Origin: an uncultured Fibrobacteria bacterium
GTDB lineage: Bacteria; Fibrobacterota; Fibrobacteria; UBA11236
NCBI GenBank assembly: GCA_963716395.1
Contig: OY970309.1
Location: 3,424,001 to 3,488,000 of the forward strand
Direction of reading: 5' to 3'
Length of the DNA stretch: 64,000 nucleotides
Under the pieces are notes generated by a model. That model was not told the origin of the DNA, did not search any database, and was given only the letters and a program-made list of their open reading frames with translations. Every line of letters begins with the position of its first letter. Position 1 is the first letter of the stretch. A program made the position numbers and the translations under genes. Below, one piece after another: positions 30,776 through 39,842 of this stretch.

Positions 30776-32914
30776 ATGGAAGAAAAATCCAAAGCCTCCG
30801 CCCGTCTCGACGCCGATAGTTTCGTGCGCCAATGGAACCTGTATTTCAACCGCACCATCGCCTACTCGCTGGATCACCCGGCGGTTCTGGAAATGCTGCC
30901 CCGGGTCTATGCGTCTTTGCAAAAACTGCTGGATCCCGCAGGCAGCATCTCGATTCTGCTCCAGGAACTCGGCTATTACATCGGACAACTCGATATCGCC
31001 TACCAGCCCAACAACCGGAAAATCGCCGACCACCTGCGCCGCTTCGGCATCGATTCCATCACCTTTTCGTCGCCCCTGCACCAGGAAGATCTGGCCCATA
31101 TTCTGGAAGCCACGGCGTTGACGCATGCCGACGCCACCAGCTTCTTGCGTTTTCTCGGCAGCCGCGGCGTGCATAACATCGCGGTGAACAACGTTACCCT
31201 GCAAACCGTGAAGGAAGGCGAGGCCGTGATGGCCGCCGGCTCCGAAAGCGGCGGAGGGCGCTCGTCTTCATCGCTGAAAAACGCTTTTGAAGACGTGACG
31301 CTGCGCGTGGTGCTCGGCCATATCACGGCCCAGGAAATGAGCACGAATCTTTCGGTGCTGCAAATGCTGCATGCCCCGGCTGCGGGCGGGTCTTCGCTAC
31401 CGCAGGCCGTGGCCCAGGTCAGCGCCAGCGCGCCGCCTGAATCCCAGGAAAACGCGCTGCGCCAGGCCCTCCTCAATTCGCTGGGCATGTTTTCGGGCTC
31501 GGCCCAGTCCGGCGATACCAGCATCGAGGATTTGCTGGCAGGCATGTACAACATGCGGGGCGAGTTGCTGAAAGCCTTGCGGGCGCAGGAGGGGTTGGTC
31601 CGTCATCTGCAGCAGGAGGACCGGCTGCCCGACAGCGCCGAAGCGCTGTTCGAGAATACCGCGGCCGATCTGATCGTGCAGGAATACCGCAAACATCCCG
31701 GCAACCCGCGCAAGGTGGCCGACATCATCCAGCGCATCGTCCCGGAAAAGCGGCAGTTGCAAGGGGTCTTGGCCAAAGTGCGTGCGGCCTTGACCCAAGC
31801 CGGCGCCCCCCTGATCGAGTATTACAATCTGCTCAATGAATTGAACATCCGCCTTACGGCCGATCAGGGGTACCAGGACTTTCTGCGCGCCAGTACCTCC
31901 GTCGGCGTCTCGGCCCAGGAATTGGTTCAGACGCTGCAGCAAAATCCCAAGCAGGCGGCACAGCTCATCGTACTGGCCGGAGAATTACAGCGCCAGGGCA
32001 AGGGCGGCAAAGCCGACGATTTGGTGTTGGGTCTGGCCGATTTGGTGGAAAGCGCCGGCGAGGAAATCGCGCGACAGGCGGAAGAGAGCCCGCGTGAAAG
32101 CGGACGACTGGCGGGCATGCTGTTTCAACTCGAAAGCGAAGTCGGCCGCGAACTCGAAGGGCAGACGCTTTCGGAAGAGGCCAAGGCGGCCGCGCGCCAA
32201 CGCCTGCATCTGCGCCTGCAGCGATCGCTGGGCGACGTGAAACGGCGCGCCACCTTGACCCAATTGCGCAACCCCAATTTGACCGAAACCGAGCGCATGG
32301 AATTTTTATTGCAAACCTTCGCCGATGAAAAAGAACTCGACGAGGTGTTGGGATTCATCGGGGCGCAAGACTCCGTGGCCGAACAGGTGGCGCAAGAACT
32401 GTTGGCGAAGGCGCGCCAGGAAATGAAAGCGCGGCGCGAACGCCACCTTTCCAAAGACTTGCCGAACGGCGTCTACGTCAAAGCCGTGCTCGACTTTTTT
32501 CTGAAATTCGAAGTCAGCCGTTCGTTGCGCTACCACCTGCCTTTCAGCGCCGTGTTGGTTTCCTTTCAAGGCCTGCCCGAAGACAAGGAAAGCCAGGAAA
32601 AATACGGGGAAGCCCTGCACGGACTGCAGAACGTGCTGGTCGGCGACTTGCGCGCGCTTTTCCGCGACTCGGACTTCGTGGGTTACCTCGGCTTCAACCG
32701 CTTTCTTCTGGTGGCGCCCATGACCGCAGCCGAAGCGACCTCGGCCATCGTGAAAAAGATCCGCGACAACCTGACGCGGCAGGCGGCCCTGCCCGACGGC
32801 ACACGGGCCTGGTTGCGCCCGCGCTGCGGCTGCGCCAGCTTCGACACCGAACACGTCAACACCCACCAGAAACTTTACCAAGAGCTGCAAAAGAGCTGGA
32901 AGGCCGATGCCTAA
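30776..32914 (+). CDS. Large helical protein with C-terminal degenerate GGDEF-like domain
   Basis: C-terminal EVSRSLRY..PFSAVLV...FRDSDFVGYLGFNRFLLV resembles the GGDEF fold without the GGDEF motif; N-terminal YSLDHPAV motif. Confidence 0.7.
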   Translation: MEEKSKASARLDADSFVRQWNLYFNRTIAYSLDHPAVLEMLPRVYASLQKLLDPAGSISILLQELGYYIGQLDIAYQPNNRKIADHLRRFGIDSITFSSPLHQEDLAHILEATALTHADATSFLRFLGSRGVHNIAVNNVTLQTVKEGEAVMAAGSESGGGRSSSSLKNAFEDVTLRVVLGHITAQEMSTNLSVLQMLHAPAAGGSSLPQAVAQVSASAPPESQENALRQALLNSLGMFSGSAQSGDTSIEDLLAGMYNMRGELLKALRAQEGLVRHLQQEDRLPDSAEALFENTAADLIVQEYRKHPGNPRKVADIIQRIVPEKRQLQGVLAKVRAALTQAGAPLIEYYNLLNELNIRLTADQGYQDFLRASTSVGVSAQELVQTLQQNPKQAAQLIVLAGELQRQGKGGKADDLVLGLADLVESAGEEIARQAEESPRESGRLAGMLFQLESEVGRELEGQTLSEEAKAAARQRLHLRLQRSLGDVKRRATLTQLRNPNLTETERMEFLLQTFADEKELDEVLGFIGAQDSVAEQVAQELLAKARQEMKARRERHLSKDLPNGVYVKAVLDFFLKFEVSRSLRYHLPFSAVLVSFQGLPEDKESQEKYGEALHGLQNVLVGDLRALFRDSDFVGYLGFNRFLLVAPMTAAEATSAIVKKIRDNLTRQAALPDGTRAWLRPRCGCASFDTEHVNTHQKLYQELQKSWKADA

Positions 32915-32993
32915 CGCCCTCGCTTTCCCAAACGCGGGTCGAAAAACGATCCGCCGGCGGCGCCTTTTGCACGCGGCCCGTTAGCGCCATTCC

Positions 32994-34415
32994 ATGGTTT
33001 CGCTTTCTCCGGCCTCGGTGCTGATCGTCGACGATGATCCGGCCGCCACCTCGGCCTTACAAACGACCCTCAAGCCGTTGGCCTTGCGGGTGGCGATGGC
33101 CACCAACGGAGAGGAGGCGCTGGAGAAACTGCAACGCGACCATTTCCGCCTCATGCTCACCCAGCGCCTGTTGCCGGGCATCGATGGCCTAGCGCTGGCG
33201 CGCAAAGCCAAAGCCCTGCACCCGGAACTGCGCATCGCCATTCTGGCCGAGCCGACCACACCGGAATGGGAGCAGAAGGTCAGGGCTTTGGGCATCGAGC
33301 GCTTTTCCCTCGGGGCTGCCGGTACCGAAAAGCTGCGGGAAGACCTGGGACGCCTGCTGTCGCAAACTCCGGCGCATCCGTCCCCGGCGGCCGGAAACAT
33401 CGACCCCCCGGTGCGGCCGGCCGCCATCGTGGGCGTGGCCGAACCGATTCAGGAATTGTTCCGCATTATCGAGCGCGCCCGCCATTCGCGCGCTCCCGTT
33501 TTGATTCAAGGCGAAAGCGGAACCGGCAAAGAACTCGTGGCGCGCGCCATCGCGCAGGGCGGACCGAGCGAAGGCAAAATGACCGTGGTCAATTGCTGCG
33601 CCCTTTCCGACAACTTGATCGAAAGTGAGTTGTTCGGACATGCCCGCGGCGCTTTTTCCGGGGCGCTGGCCGACCGCGAAGGCCTGTTCGAAACCGCCGA
33701 TGGCGGCACCCTGTTCCTGGACGAAATTGGCGATCTGCCTTTGCGCAGTCAAACCAAACTGCTGCGCATTCTGCAAGAGGGAGAGTTTCGACGCGTGGGC
33801 GAAAACCGTTTGCGCCATGTGCAGGTGCGCATTCTGGCCGCCACCAACCGCAATCTACGCGAGGCCGTCGAGCATCGGCATTTTCGCGAAGACCTTTACT
33901 ACCGGCTCAACGTCATTCCCGTCTATCTGCCGCCGCTGCGGGAACGCCTCTCGGATGTGCCGCATCTGGCATTGCACTTCCTGCACAAGCATCGCCACAA
34001 AAATCAAGCCGCGATGCATTTCAGCGAATCCGCCGTGGGTCGTCTGGCGCGCTATCCCTATCCGGGCAACGTGCGGGAGTTGGAAAACATCGTACAGCGC
34101 GCGCTGTCTTTGGCGCGGGGATCGGTGATCACCGAACGCGACATCGAAGGATGCCTGCAACCCCTGGATCGGGTGGTGCAGACCACGCCGGCGTTTCCAG
34201 GGCATACCTATCCGGAGTTAAAGCAGCATTTGCGCGCTTGGGAGAAATCGTTTCTCGAAGAGCGCCTGCGCGCACACGGATTTCAGGTTTCGGAAACCGC
34301 GCAGGCGTTGGGCATCGCGCGCACGGCCCTGCACAATCGCATCAAGGCGCTCGGCATTCATACCGAAAAAGCCTTACGCGACCCCGCCTCCGAACCCACG
34401 CCGCGGATTTCATAA
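32994..34415 (+). CDS. Sigma54-dependent activator (receiver-like + AAA+ + Fis-type HTH)
   Basis: GESGTGKE, ESELFGH, GAFSGA, LFLDEI, FREDLYYRLNV, PGNVREL, TAQALGIARTAL. Confidence 0.92.
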   Translation: MVSLSPASVLIVDDDPAATSALQTTLKPLALRVAMATNGEEALEKLQRDHFRLMLTQRLLPGIDGLALARKAKALHPELRIAILAEPTTPEWEQKVRALGIERFSLGAAGTEKLREDLGRLLSQTPAHPSPAAGNIDPPVRPAAIVGVAEPIQELFRIIERARHSRAPVLIQGESGTGKELVARAIAQGGPSEGKMTVVNCCALSDNLIESELFGHARGAFSGALADREGLFETADGGTLFLDEIGDLPLRSQTKLLRILQEGEFRRVGENRLRHVQVRILAATNRNLREAVEHRHFREDLYYRLNVIPVYLPPLRERLSDVPHLALHFLHKHRHKNQAAMHFSESAVGRLARYPYPGNVRELENIVQRALSLARGSVITERDIEGCLQPLDRVVQTTPAFPGHTYPELKQHLRAWEKSFLEERLRAHGFQVSETAQALGIARTALHNRIKALGIHTEKALRDPASEPTPRIS

Positions 34416-34474
34416 GCGTAGCGTCCCGGGTTTCCGCCGCGCGGAACCGTGATTGCATTACCTTTCCCCTCCCC

Positions 34475-35476
34475 ATGTTTCTCGACGAAACCCAAATCGA
34501 AGTGATCGCCGGAGACGGCGGAGACGGCATGGTGGCCTTTCGCCGCGAGAAATTCGTGCCGCGCGGCGGCCCGGCCGGAGGCAACGGCGGTCGCGGCGGA
34601 CACGTGGTGTTGCAAGCCAGCAAAGACCTGCACACGTTATACGACATCGGCCAGCGCCGCCGCTTCCGCGCCGGCAACGGGGAAAAAGGCGGCAGCGCCG
34701 ACTGCACCGGTCGCAGCGGCGCCGACATCGTGTTGCGGGTTCCTTGCGGCACCTGGGTGAAAGACGCGGAGAGCGGCGAAACCTTGGCCGATCTGCGCCG
34801 CGACGGCGAAACCGCGACGCTCGCGCGCGGAGGGCGCGGGGGCCTGGGCAATACGGTTTTCAAATCTTCGGTGCGTCAAGCGCCCCGCAAGGCTACGCCC
34901 GGCATACCGGGCGAACGGCGTAAGCTGGCGTTGGAACTCAAGCTCATGGCCGATTGCGGATTGGTCGGCTTTCCCAATGTGGGAAAAAGTTCCCTGCTGC
35001 GCCGCGTCTCTTCGGCCACTCCCAAGGTTGCCGACTATCCCTTTACCACCTTGAAGCCGGTGCTGGGCGTGGTGGCCATGGGCGTGGGAACCAGTTTCGT
35101 CCTGGTGGATATTCCCGGCCTCATCGAAGGGGCCGCCGGCGGCAAAGGTTTGGGCCATCGTTTTCTGCGCCACATCGAGCGTACGGGTTGCCTGGCTTTC
35201 GTACTTGACGCCAGTGCCGCCGACGTCTATGGCCAGTACCGCGTACTCCGGACCGAGTTGCAAAAATTCCATCCCCTGCTGTTGGAGAAGCCTAAGCTCA
35301 TCCTGCTCAACAAATCCGATCTGGGCGACTTCCCCATATCCAAGAAATTCGCGAAAGAAAAATGTCCGGTGATCCGGACATCCGCGCTTTCAGGTGCAGG
35401 CTTGGAAGATTTTAAAAAAGCCGCCTATGCCTTGGTGCGGGCCTGGAGCGCGCCCCAAGACGACTGGCCGGGCTAA
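34475..35476 (+). CDS. obgE: GTPase ObgE
   Basis: MFLDE, FRREKFVPRGGP.GG.GG, GFPNVGKS, YPFTT, DIPGLIEGA, NKSD. Confidence 0.96.
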   Translation: MFLDETQIEVIAGDGGDGMVAFRREKFVPRGGPAGGNGGRGGHVVLQASKDLHTLYDIGQRRRFRAGNGEKGGSADCTGRSGADIVLRVPCGTWVKDAESGETLADLRRDGETATLARGGRGGLGNTVFKSSVRQAPRKATPGIPGERRKLALELKLMADCGLVGFPNVGKSSLLRRVSSATPKVADYPFTTLKPVLGVVAMGVGTSFVLVDIPGLIEGAAGGKGLGHRFLRHIERTGCLAFVLDASAADVYGQYRVLRTELQKFHPLLLEKPKLILLNKSDLGDFPISKKFAKEKCPVIRTSALSGAGLEDFKKAAYALVRAWSAPQDDWPG

Positions 35477-35949
35477 TTTTCGTCGTAGGATCGCTCGACT
35501 TCTTCGCGGTCTTTCTTTTCCACGATATCGTTACTGAAATTGCGATCCAAAGGCAGCGCATTGACATCGGGATTCTGGTTGTCCAAGATGTAAACCGCGG
35601 TGGGATTATCCAGCCAACCCTGCACCTCGATGTCTTTCAGGTTGTGCACCCCGCCCGAACTGATTTTCATCTTTTCGATGGTGCTGTTGTCGACCCAACC
35701 TTTGATGCTACCGCTGGTTTTGATCAGCGAGCGCGCCTTGCCTTCTTGCAGCAATTGCACATCTTCGCCGGCCTTCAAATCCATGACTTTGTCTGCGGTT
35801 CCTCCCGATTCCTCTTTGTAAACCGTTGCGCCCCCGGCCTTGACCCGAGTTACTTCGATGGATTCGGTTTTGGATTTGGCCAATGCCGAGGTGGCAAAGG
35901 CGCCTCCCAAGCAAATCAGCATCGCGCACATATTGATGGTTCCACGCAT
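35473..35949 (-). CDS. Secreted SH3b-like protein with GltF/CglF-like C-terminal segment
   Basis: Signal peptide; SH3b-like LKAGEDVQLL...KGWV; tail DIEVQGWLDNPTAVYILD...DRNF. Confidence 0.7.
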   Translation of the reverse strand: MRGTINMCAMLICLGGAFATSALAKSKTESIEVTRVKAGGATVYKEESGGTADKVMDLKAGEDVQLLQEGKARSLIKTSGSIKGWVDNSTIEKMKISSGGVHNLKDIEVQGWLDNPTAVYILDNQNPDVNALPLDRNFSNDIVEKKDREEVERSYDEN

Positions 35950-36028
35950 GGGACCTTCCTCCGGTCGCGGGAGAATCCCGCCGTCCTAGAATATATAGCC
36001 GACCGGCCGAATTCACAAGGGACGCAAT

Positions 36029-36058
36029 TTGAATCTCCGAAAAACGGAGGGCTATAAT
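36029..36058 (+). promoter_or_regulatory. Putative sigma70 promoter of the motor operon
   Basis: TTGAAT (36029-36034), 18-nt spacer, TATAAT (36053-36058), about 40 nt before ATG 36100. Confidence 0.5.
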
Positions 36059-36099
36059 AAACCCCTAAGAGCCGTATTCCCCAGATTTCCGGAGTCACC

Positions 36100-36771
36100 A
36101 TGAGCTTTCTGCAAAGGATGGCAAAATTCATCGAAGAAGGCGGCACCGTGGAGTACGTCATTCTGGGGCTATTGGCCTTCGGACTTTCCATCGTGCTCGA
36201 ACGTTGCTGGTTCTACTTCATCAAGTGTCGCATCAATCCCAAGAAACTGCTGGCCGACGTCACCTCGCTGATCCGCAAGGAGAAAATCTCCGACGCCCGC
36301 AAGCTGTGCAGCCAGACCAGCACCCCTTTGGGGTCGATTCTCGAAGCCGGCATCTGGAAGTACGAGCAGTCGGGCACGGCGCAAGAAATCAAAGATGCCA
36401 TCGAAGAAGTTTCCCTGCGCGAAATGCCGCGTTTGCAGCGCCGTACCCATTATCTGGGTTTGCTGGCCAACCTGTGCACCTTGGTGGGCTTGCTTGGCAC
36501 CATTTTTGGGTTGCAGGAAGCCTTCGGCGCCCTGGAATCGGCCGACCCTTCGCAGAAAAGCCGCATCCTGGCGCGCGGCATCACCTTGGCCCTCAACGCC
36601 ACGGCGCTGGGGCTCATTTCGGCCATGCTGTGCATGTCGGCCTTCTCCTATCTGGGCTCGCATGCCAATCAACTCCTGGAACAAATCGACGAGTCGGTGC
36701 TTCGCCTGGTGAATTTTCTGTCGGCGCAGACGCAGGCCCGGCGCGGCGGCCGGGCGGAAGCTCCGCATTAA
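36100..36771 (+). CDS. MotA/TolQ/ExbB proton-channel protein (AglR-like)
   Basis: Three TM segments; TLVGLLGTIFGL and GITLALNATALGL. Confidence 0.9.
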   Translation: MSFLQRMAKFIEEGGTVEYVILGLLAFGLSIVLERCWFYFIKCRINPKKLLADVTSLIRKEKISDARKLCSQTSTPLGSILEAGIWKYEQSGTAQEIKDAIEEVSLREMPRLQRRTHYLGLLANLCTLVGLLGTIFGLQEAFGALESADPSQKSRILARGITLALNATALGLISAMLCMSAFSYLGSHANQLLEQIDESVLRLVNFLSAQTQARRGGRAEAPH

Positions 36772-36786
36772 GACCTCGGACCGGAA

Positions 36787-37272
36787 ATGAGCGCTGCGGT
36801 TTCGGGTCCGCCGGGTCGAAAGGGAGGAACCGCGCGCGAGCCCATCGACCTGGACATGACGCCGATGATGAACGTGCTCATCATCCTCATCTCTTTTCTC
36901 GTGACCATGGTGGTCTTCACCCACCTAGCGGTGATCCAATTCGAACTCCCTTCGTCCGACAACAACGCCGGGGGTGCGGCGGCCGACAGCGGCTCGCCGG
37001 CCGATGATTTAACGCTGGTGATTTCAGAGGGCGGCTATCAAATCATCGGCGCGGATCGCAAAGAAAATCCCATCCCCAAAACCCGGTCGGGCTACGATTT
37101 CCGGGCCCTGGGAACGGCCTTGCAAGAATTGCACGCCCAATATCCGGTGGCGCGTAGTCTCGTTTTGCTCATCGATCCCGACGTGTTGTACCAGGACATC
37201 ATTTCGACCATGGACGTGTGCCGCGCCCAGCGGTTTCCCGACGTGCTGCTGTCCGGAGGCGTGGGCGGATGA
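36787..37272 (+). CDS. ExbD/TolR family protein 1
   Basis: LDMTPMMNVLIILISFL TM segment; C-terminal YQDIISTMD. Confidence 0.85.
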   Translation: MSAAVSGPPGRKGGTAREPIDLDMTPMMNVLIILISFLVTMVVFTHLAVIQFELPSSDNNAGGAAADSGSPADDLTLVISEGGYQIIGADRKENPIPKTRSGYDFRALGTALQELHAQYPVARSLVLLIDPDVLYQDIISTMDVCRAQRFPDVLLSGGVGG

Positions 37273-37754
37273 TGGGCCGGAGGCGTCGTCCGCCGCTGGG
37301 CTCGGCCAAGCCGCAAATGACCTCGCTGGTCGACGTGCTCACCGTGCTGGTTTTCTTTTTGCTGAAGAACTTTTCCGCCGACGGCGACATTCTCACGCCT
37401 TCGCCGGGTCTGGAATTGCCACAGAGCACGGCCCAGGTACGCGCCGAAAAAACCTTGGTCATCGCCATCAGCGAGCACCACGTTCTGGCCGAAGGCGCGC
37501 CGATCGCCCTGGTCGATGAGGTGCTGGCGGCGCAGAGCCCCGACATTCCCGCCTTGGGCCGCTGGCTGGCGGAACGCCGCAAAGCCACCGAAGAGATCGC
37601 GCGCTACAATCCCGCCGTGACCTTCACCGGCAAGCTGACCATCCAGGGCGATCGGAAAATCCCGTTCCGGTTGCTGCACAAGGTGCTGAATACGTGCGGT
37701 GAAAACGGTTACTCCAAATTTTCCCTCGCCGTTTTGAGAAAAGATGGCGGCTGA
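37269..37754 (+). CDS. ExbD/TolR family protein 2 (AglS-like)
   Basis: MTSLVDVLTVLVFFLL, LELPQS, IQGDRKIPF.LL.KVL.T; ATGA overlap with previous gene. Confidence 0.87.
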   Translation: MMGRRRRPPLGSAKPQMTSLVDVLTVLVFFLLKNFSADGDILTPSPGLELPQSTAQVRAEKTLVIAISEHHVLAEGAPIALVDEVLAAQSPDIPALGRWLAERRKATEEIARYNPAVTFTGKLTIQGDRKIPFRLLHKVLNTCGENGYSKFSLAVLRKDGG

Positions 37755-38700
37755 TCGGGATGGGGAGAAATATCGCGGCGGCATGTTCGATCATGTCGAC
37801 GTTCCGGCGCTGATCAGCCTGGTGCTGTGCGCGGCAGGATTCATTCTGCTGATCTTGTGGTTGCGCCCCATCGCCGAAGCCCCCCGCCCGGAGACGGGCG
37901 ATCTCCAACTCGACGCGCTTTCGGAACGCATGGCCCGCATTTTGATGCCGCTCAAAGAGCCGGGGGAAGCGCCGCATCTCCGGTCGACACCCCCGCCCCA
38001 ACCGGCGGCGCCCCCGCCCGCCGAGCGCACCGCGCTGGCGCGCATCGAACACTCGCGGCAGCAAGTGAGCCGGGCCTTGCGCACCCTGAGCCAGCAGGTC
38101 TCGCATGCAGCCGTCCTTTCCATTTTGTCGGCCAAGGGAACCGGCGGCCGCAGCCGCCGTCACGTCGCGGGCGGAGGCTTGGGATTCGGCGACCTGGATC
38201 AGAAACTGGGATCGCTCGGGGGCCTGACCCGTTACGGAGACGCCGGCGGCCGCGCACCCGGCGCGCGCGACGGCGCGGCGGAAGCGGTCGACGCCGATAC
38301 CCTGCTGCAAAAATTTTCCCGGGCGCGGCAAAGCGCGGCGGCGCATATCGGCACCTTCGCCTTTGAAAAGCCCCAACTGGTGGGCGGTAACACCAGACAG
38401 GCCGCCGGTCAACAATTGCAAACCCTGTCGGCGGCTCTGAGCCACAACCAGACGGCCATCCGCCTTCTGTACGAAGAGCGCTTGAAAATCAATCCGGCTC
38501 TGGAAGGCAAGGTCACCGTGGTGATCGTCATCCGCAACGACGGCCGGGTGATTTCGGCGCGCATCGTGCCCGAGGAAACTTCCCTGGCCGATCCGCAATT
38601 CCAAAACGAAATCATCCGCTCCGTATTGCGCTGGGTCTTCCCCCCGTTCACGGGCGCCCCCGTGGAATTGAAATCTCCCTTCGTCTTCAAACCGGTGTAA
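37744..38700 (+). CDS. TonB-like protein with AgmX/PglI (GltG-like) C-terminal domain
   Basis: Single TM, Pro-rich linker, Gly-rich region, IRLLYEERLKINPALEGKVTV...GRV...RWVFP...PFVF. Confidence 0.85.
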   Translation: MAADRDGEKYRGGMFDHVDVPALISLVLCAAGFILLILWLRPIAEAPRPETGDLQLDALSERMARILMPLKEPGEAPHLRSTPPPQPAAPPPAERTALARIEHSRQQVSRALRTLSQQVSHAAVLSILSAKGTGGRSRRHVAGGGLGFGDLDQKLGSLGGLTRYGDAGGRAPGARDGAAEAVDADTLLQKFSRARQSAAAHIGTFAFEKPQLVGGNTRQAAGQQLQTLSAALSHNQTAIRLLYEERLKINPALEGKVTVVIVIRNDGRVISARIVPEETSLADPQFQNEIIRSVLRWVFPPFTGAPVELKSPFVFKPV

Positions 38701-38945
38701 TCGTGGCGCACTCCCCGGCAATTCCCGCCGTCCTCAACACCGCCTCGCATCGGTCGGGGCTGGTCGGGGAAAAGCGCGGCGATCCCGCAGGGCCAATAGC
38801 GTTCAAAACCTTATGGGAGTTGGAAGGATTGCTTCAAGTTTGACATGAAGTAACTCCCCTCCTGCAAGGTTTCTTGCCTCTTCAGTCTTTTCTTCTGCAA
38901 AAGGATCCGAAAAAAGCCGAAAATACAGAAGAATCGGAAAATTGC

Positions 38946-39842
38946 ATGACGCGCAAACTTTGGCTGCCGATCTTTTTGCTGCTGCTCTTCGCGGGCGGCG
39001 CGGCCGCGGCTGTGATCAAAGCGGGAATGACGCTGAACATCCTGGTCAAGGACAACAAGGATTTGAGCCAGATGGTGCGTGTGCAGGACGACGGCACCAT
39101 CGATTACCCACTGCTGCAGGATACCCCCGTGATCAACAAGACCACGGGTGAATTGCAAGACATGCTCACCTACAAGCTGGCCCGCGTCATCGAATCACCA
39201 TTGGTGCTGGTCACCGTGGTGACGCAAACGCCCATCGCCATCTACGTACTGGGACAGGTGAAAAAACCGGGACTGGTGGAGGCGCCGCCCGGCGCGTCGC
39301 TGCAAGAGGTGTTGCTCTTGGCGCAAGGCGTCACCGAACAGGCCGATCTGGAGCGCGTCAAAATCGTGCACAAACACGACGACGATGACAAGGCCGAGTT
39401 CTACAACCTGCAGCGGTTTTTGAACACCGGCGATCTCGACTATCTGCCCAAATTGCAGGATGGCGATCGCATCATCGTGCTGTCGTCGAAGAAAAGCAAG
39501 TACATCAAGGTGTTGGGCGCGGTGAACAAGCCGGGATTTTATCCCATCACCGAATCGGCGTCGCTGTTCGACTTGCTGTACTTAGCCGGCGGCCCCGCGG
39601 CCGACGCCAACCTTTCCCGAGTACGCGTCATCAGCACGGCGGGCGGCCAGCGCGAAGATTACATGCTCGACATGCAAAAGTTCATCGACCAGGGCAAAAC
39701 CGACAACTTGCCCAACCTGGGCGAGGGCGACGTGGTCATCGTCTATGCGCAGACCTTTACCTGGAGCAAAGTGCTCGACGTGGTGCGCGATGTCGTCACC
39801 TTGGCCACGGCCTGGATCGTGATCACCCAGGTGAAAAAATGA
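38946..39842 (+). CDS. Polysaccharide export protein (Wza/OPX, Poly_export + 2 SLBB domains)
   Basis: Signal peptide; DGTIDYPLL, VLGQVKKPG, VLGAVNKPG, LAGG, LGEGDVVIV; C-terminal amphipathic helix. Confidence 0.88.
   Translation: MTRKLWLPIFLLLLFAGGAAAAVIKAGMTLNILVKDNKDLSQMVRVQDDGTIDYPLLQDTPVINKTTGELQDMLTYKLARVIESPLVLVTVVTQTPIAIYVLGQVKKPGLVEAPPGASLQEVLLLAQGVTEQADLERVKIVHKHDDDDKAEFYNLQRFLNTGDLDYLPKLQDGDRIIVLSSKKSKYIKVLGAVNKPGFYPITESASLFDLLYLAGGPAADANLSRVRVISTAGGQREDYMLDMQKFIDQGKTDNLPNLGEGDVVIVYAQTFTWSKVLDVVRDVVTLATAWIVITQVKK

Noticed and set aside
38701-38945. Sigma54 promoter for the EPS operon
   Set aside because: No convincing TGGCAC-N5-TTGC-like element with correct -24/-12 spacing found by eye
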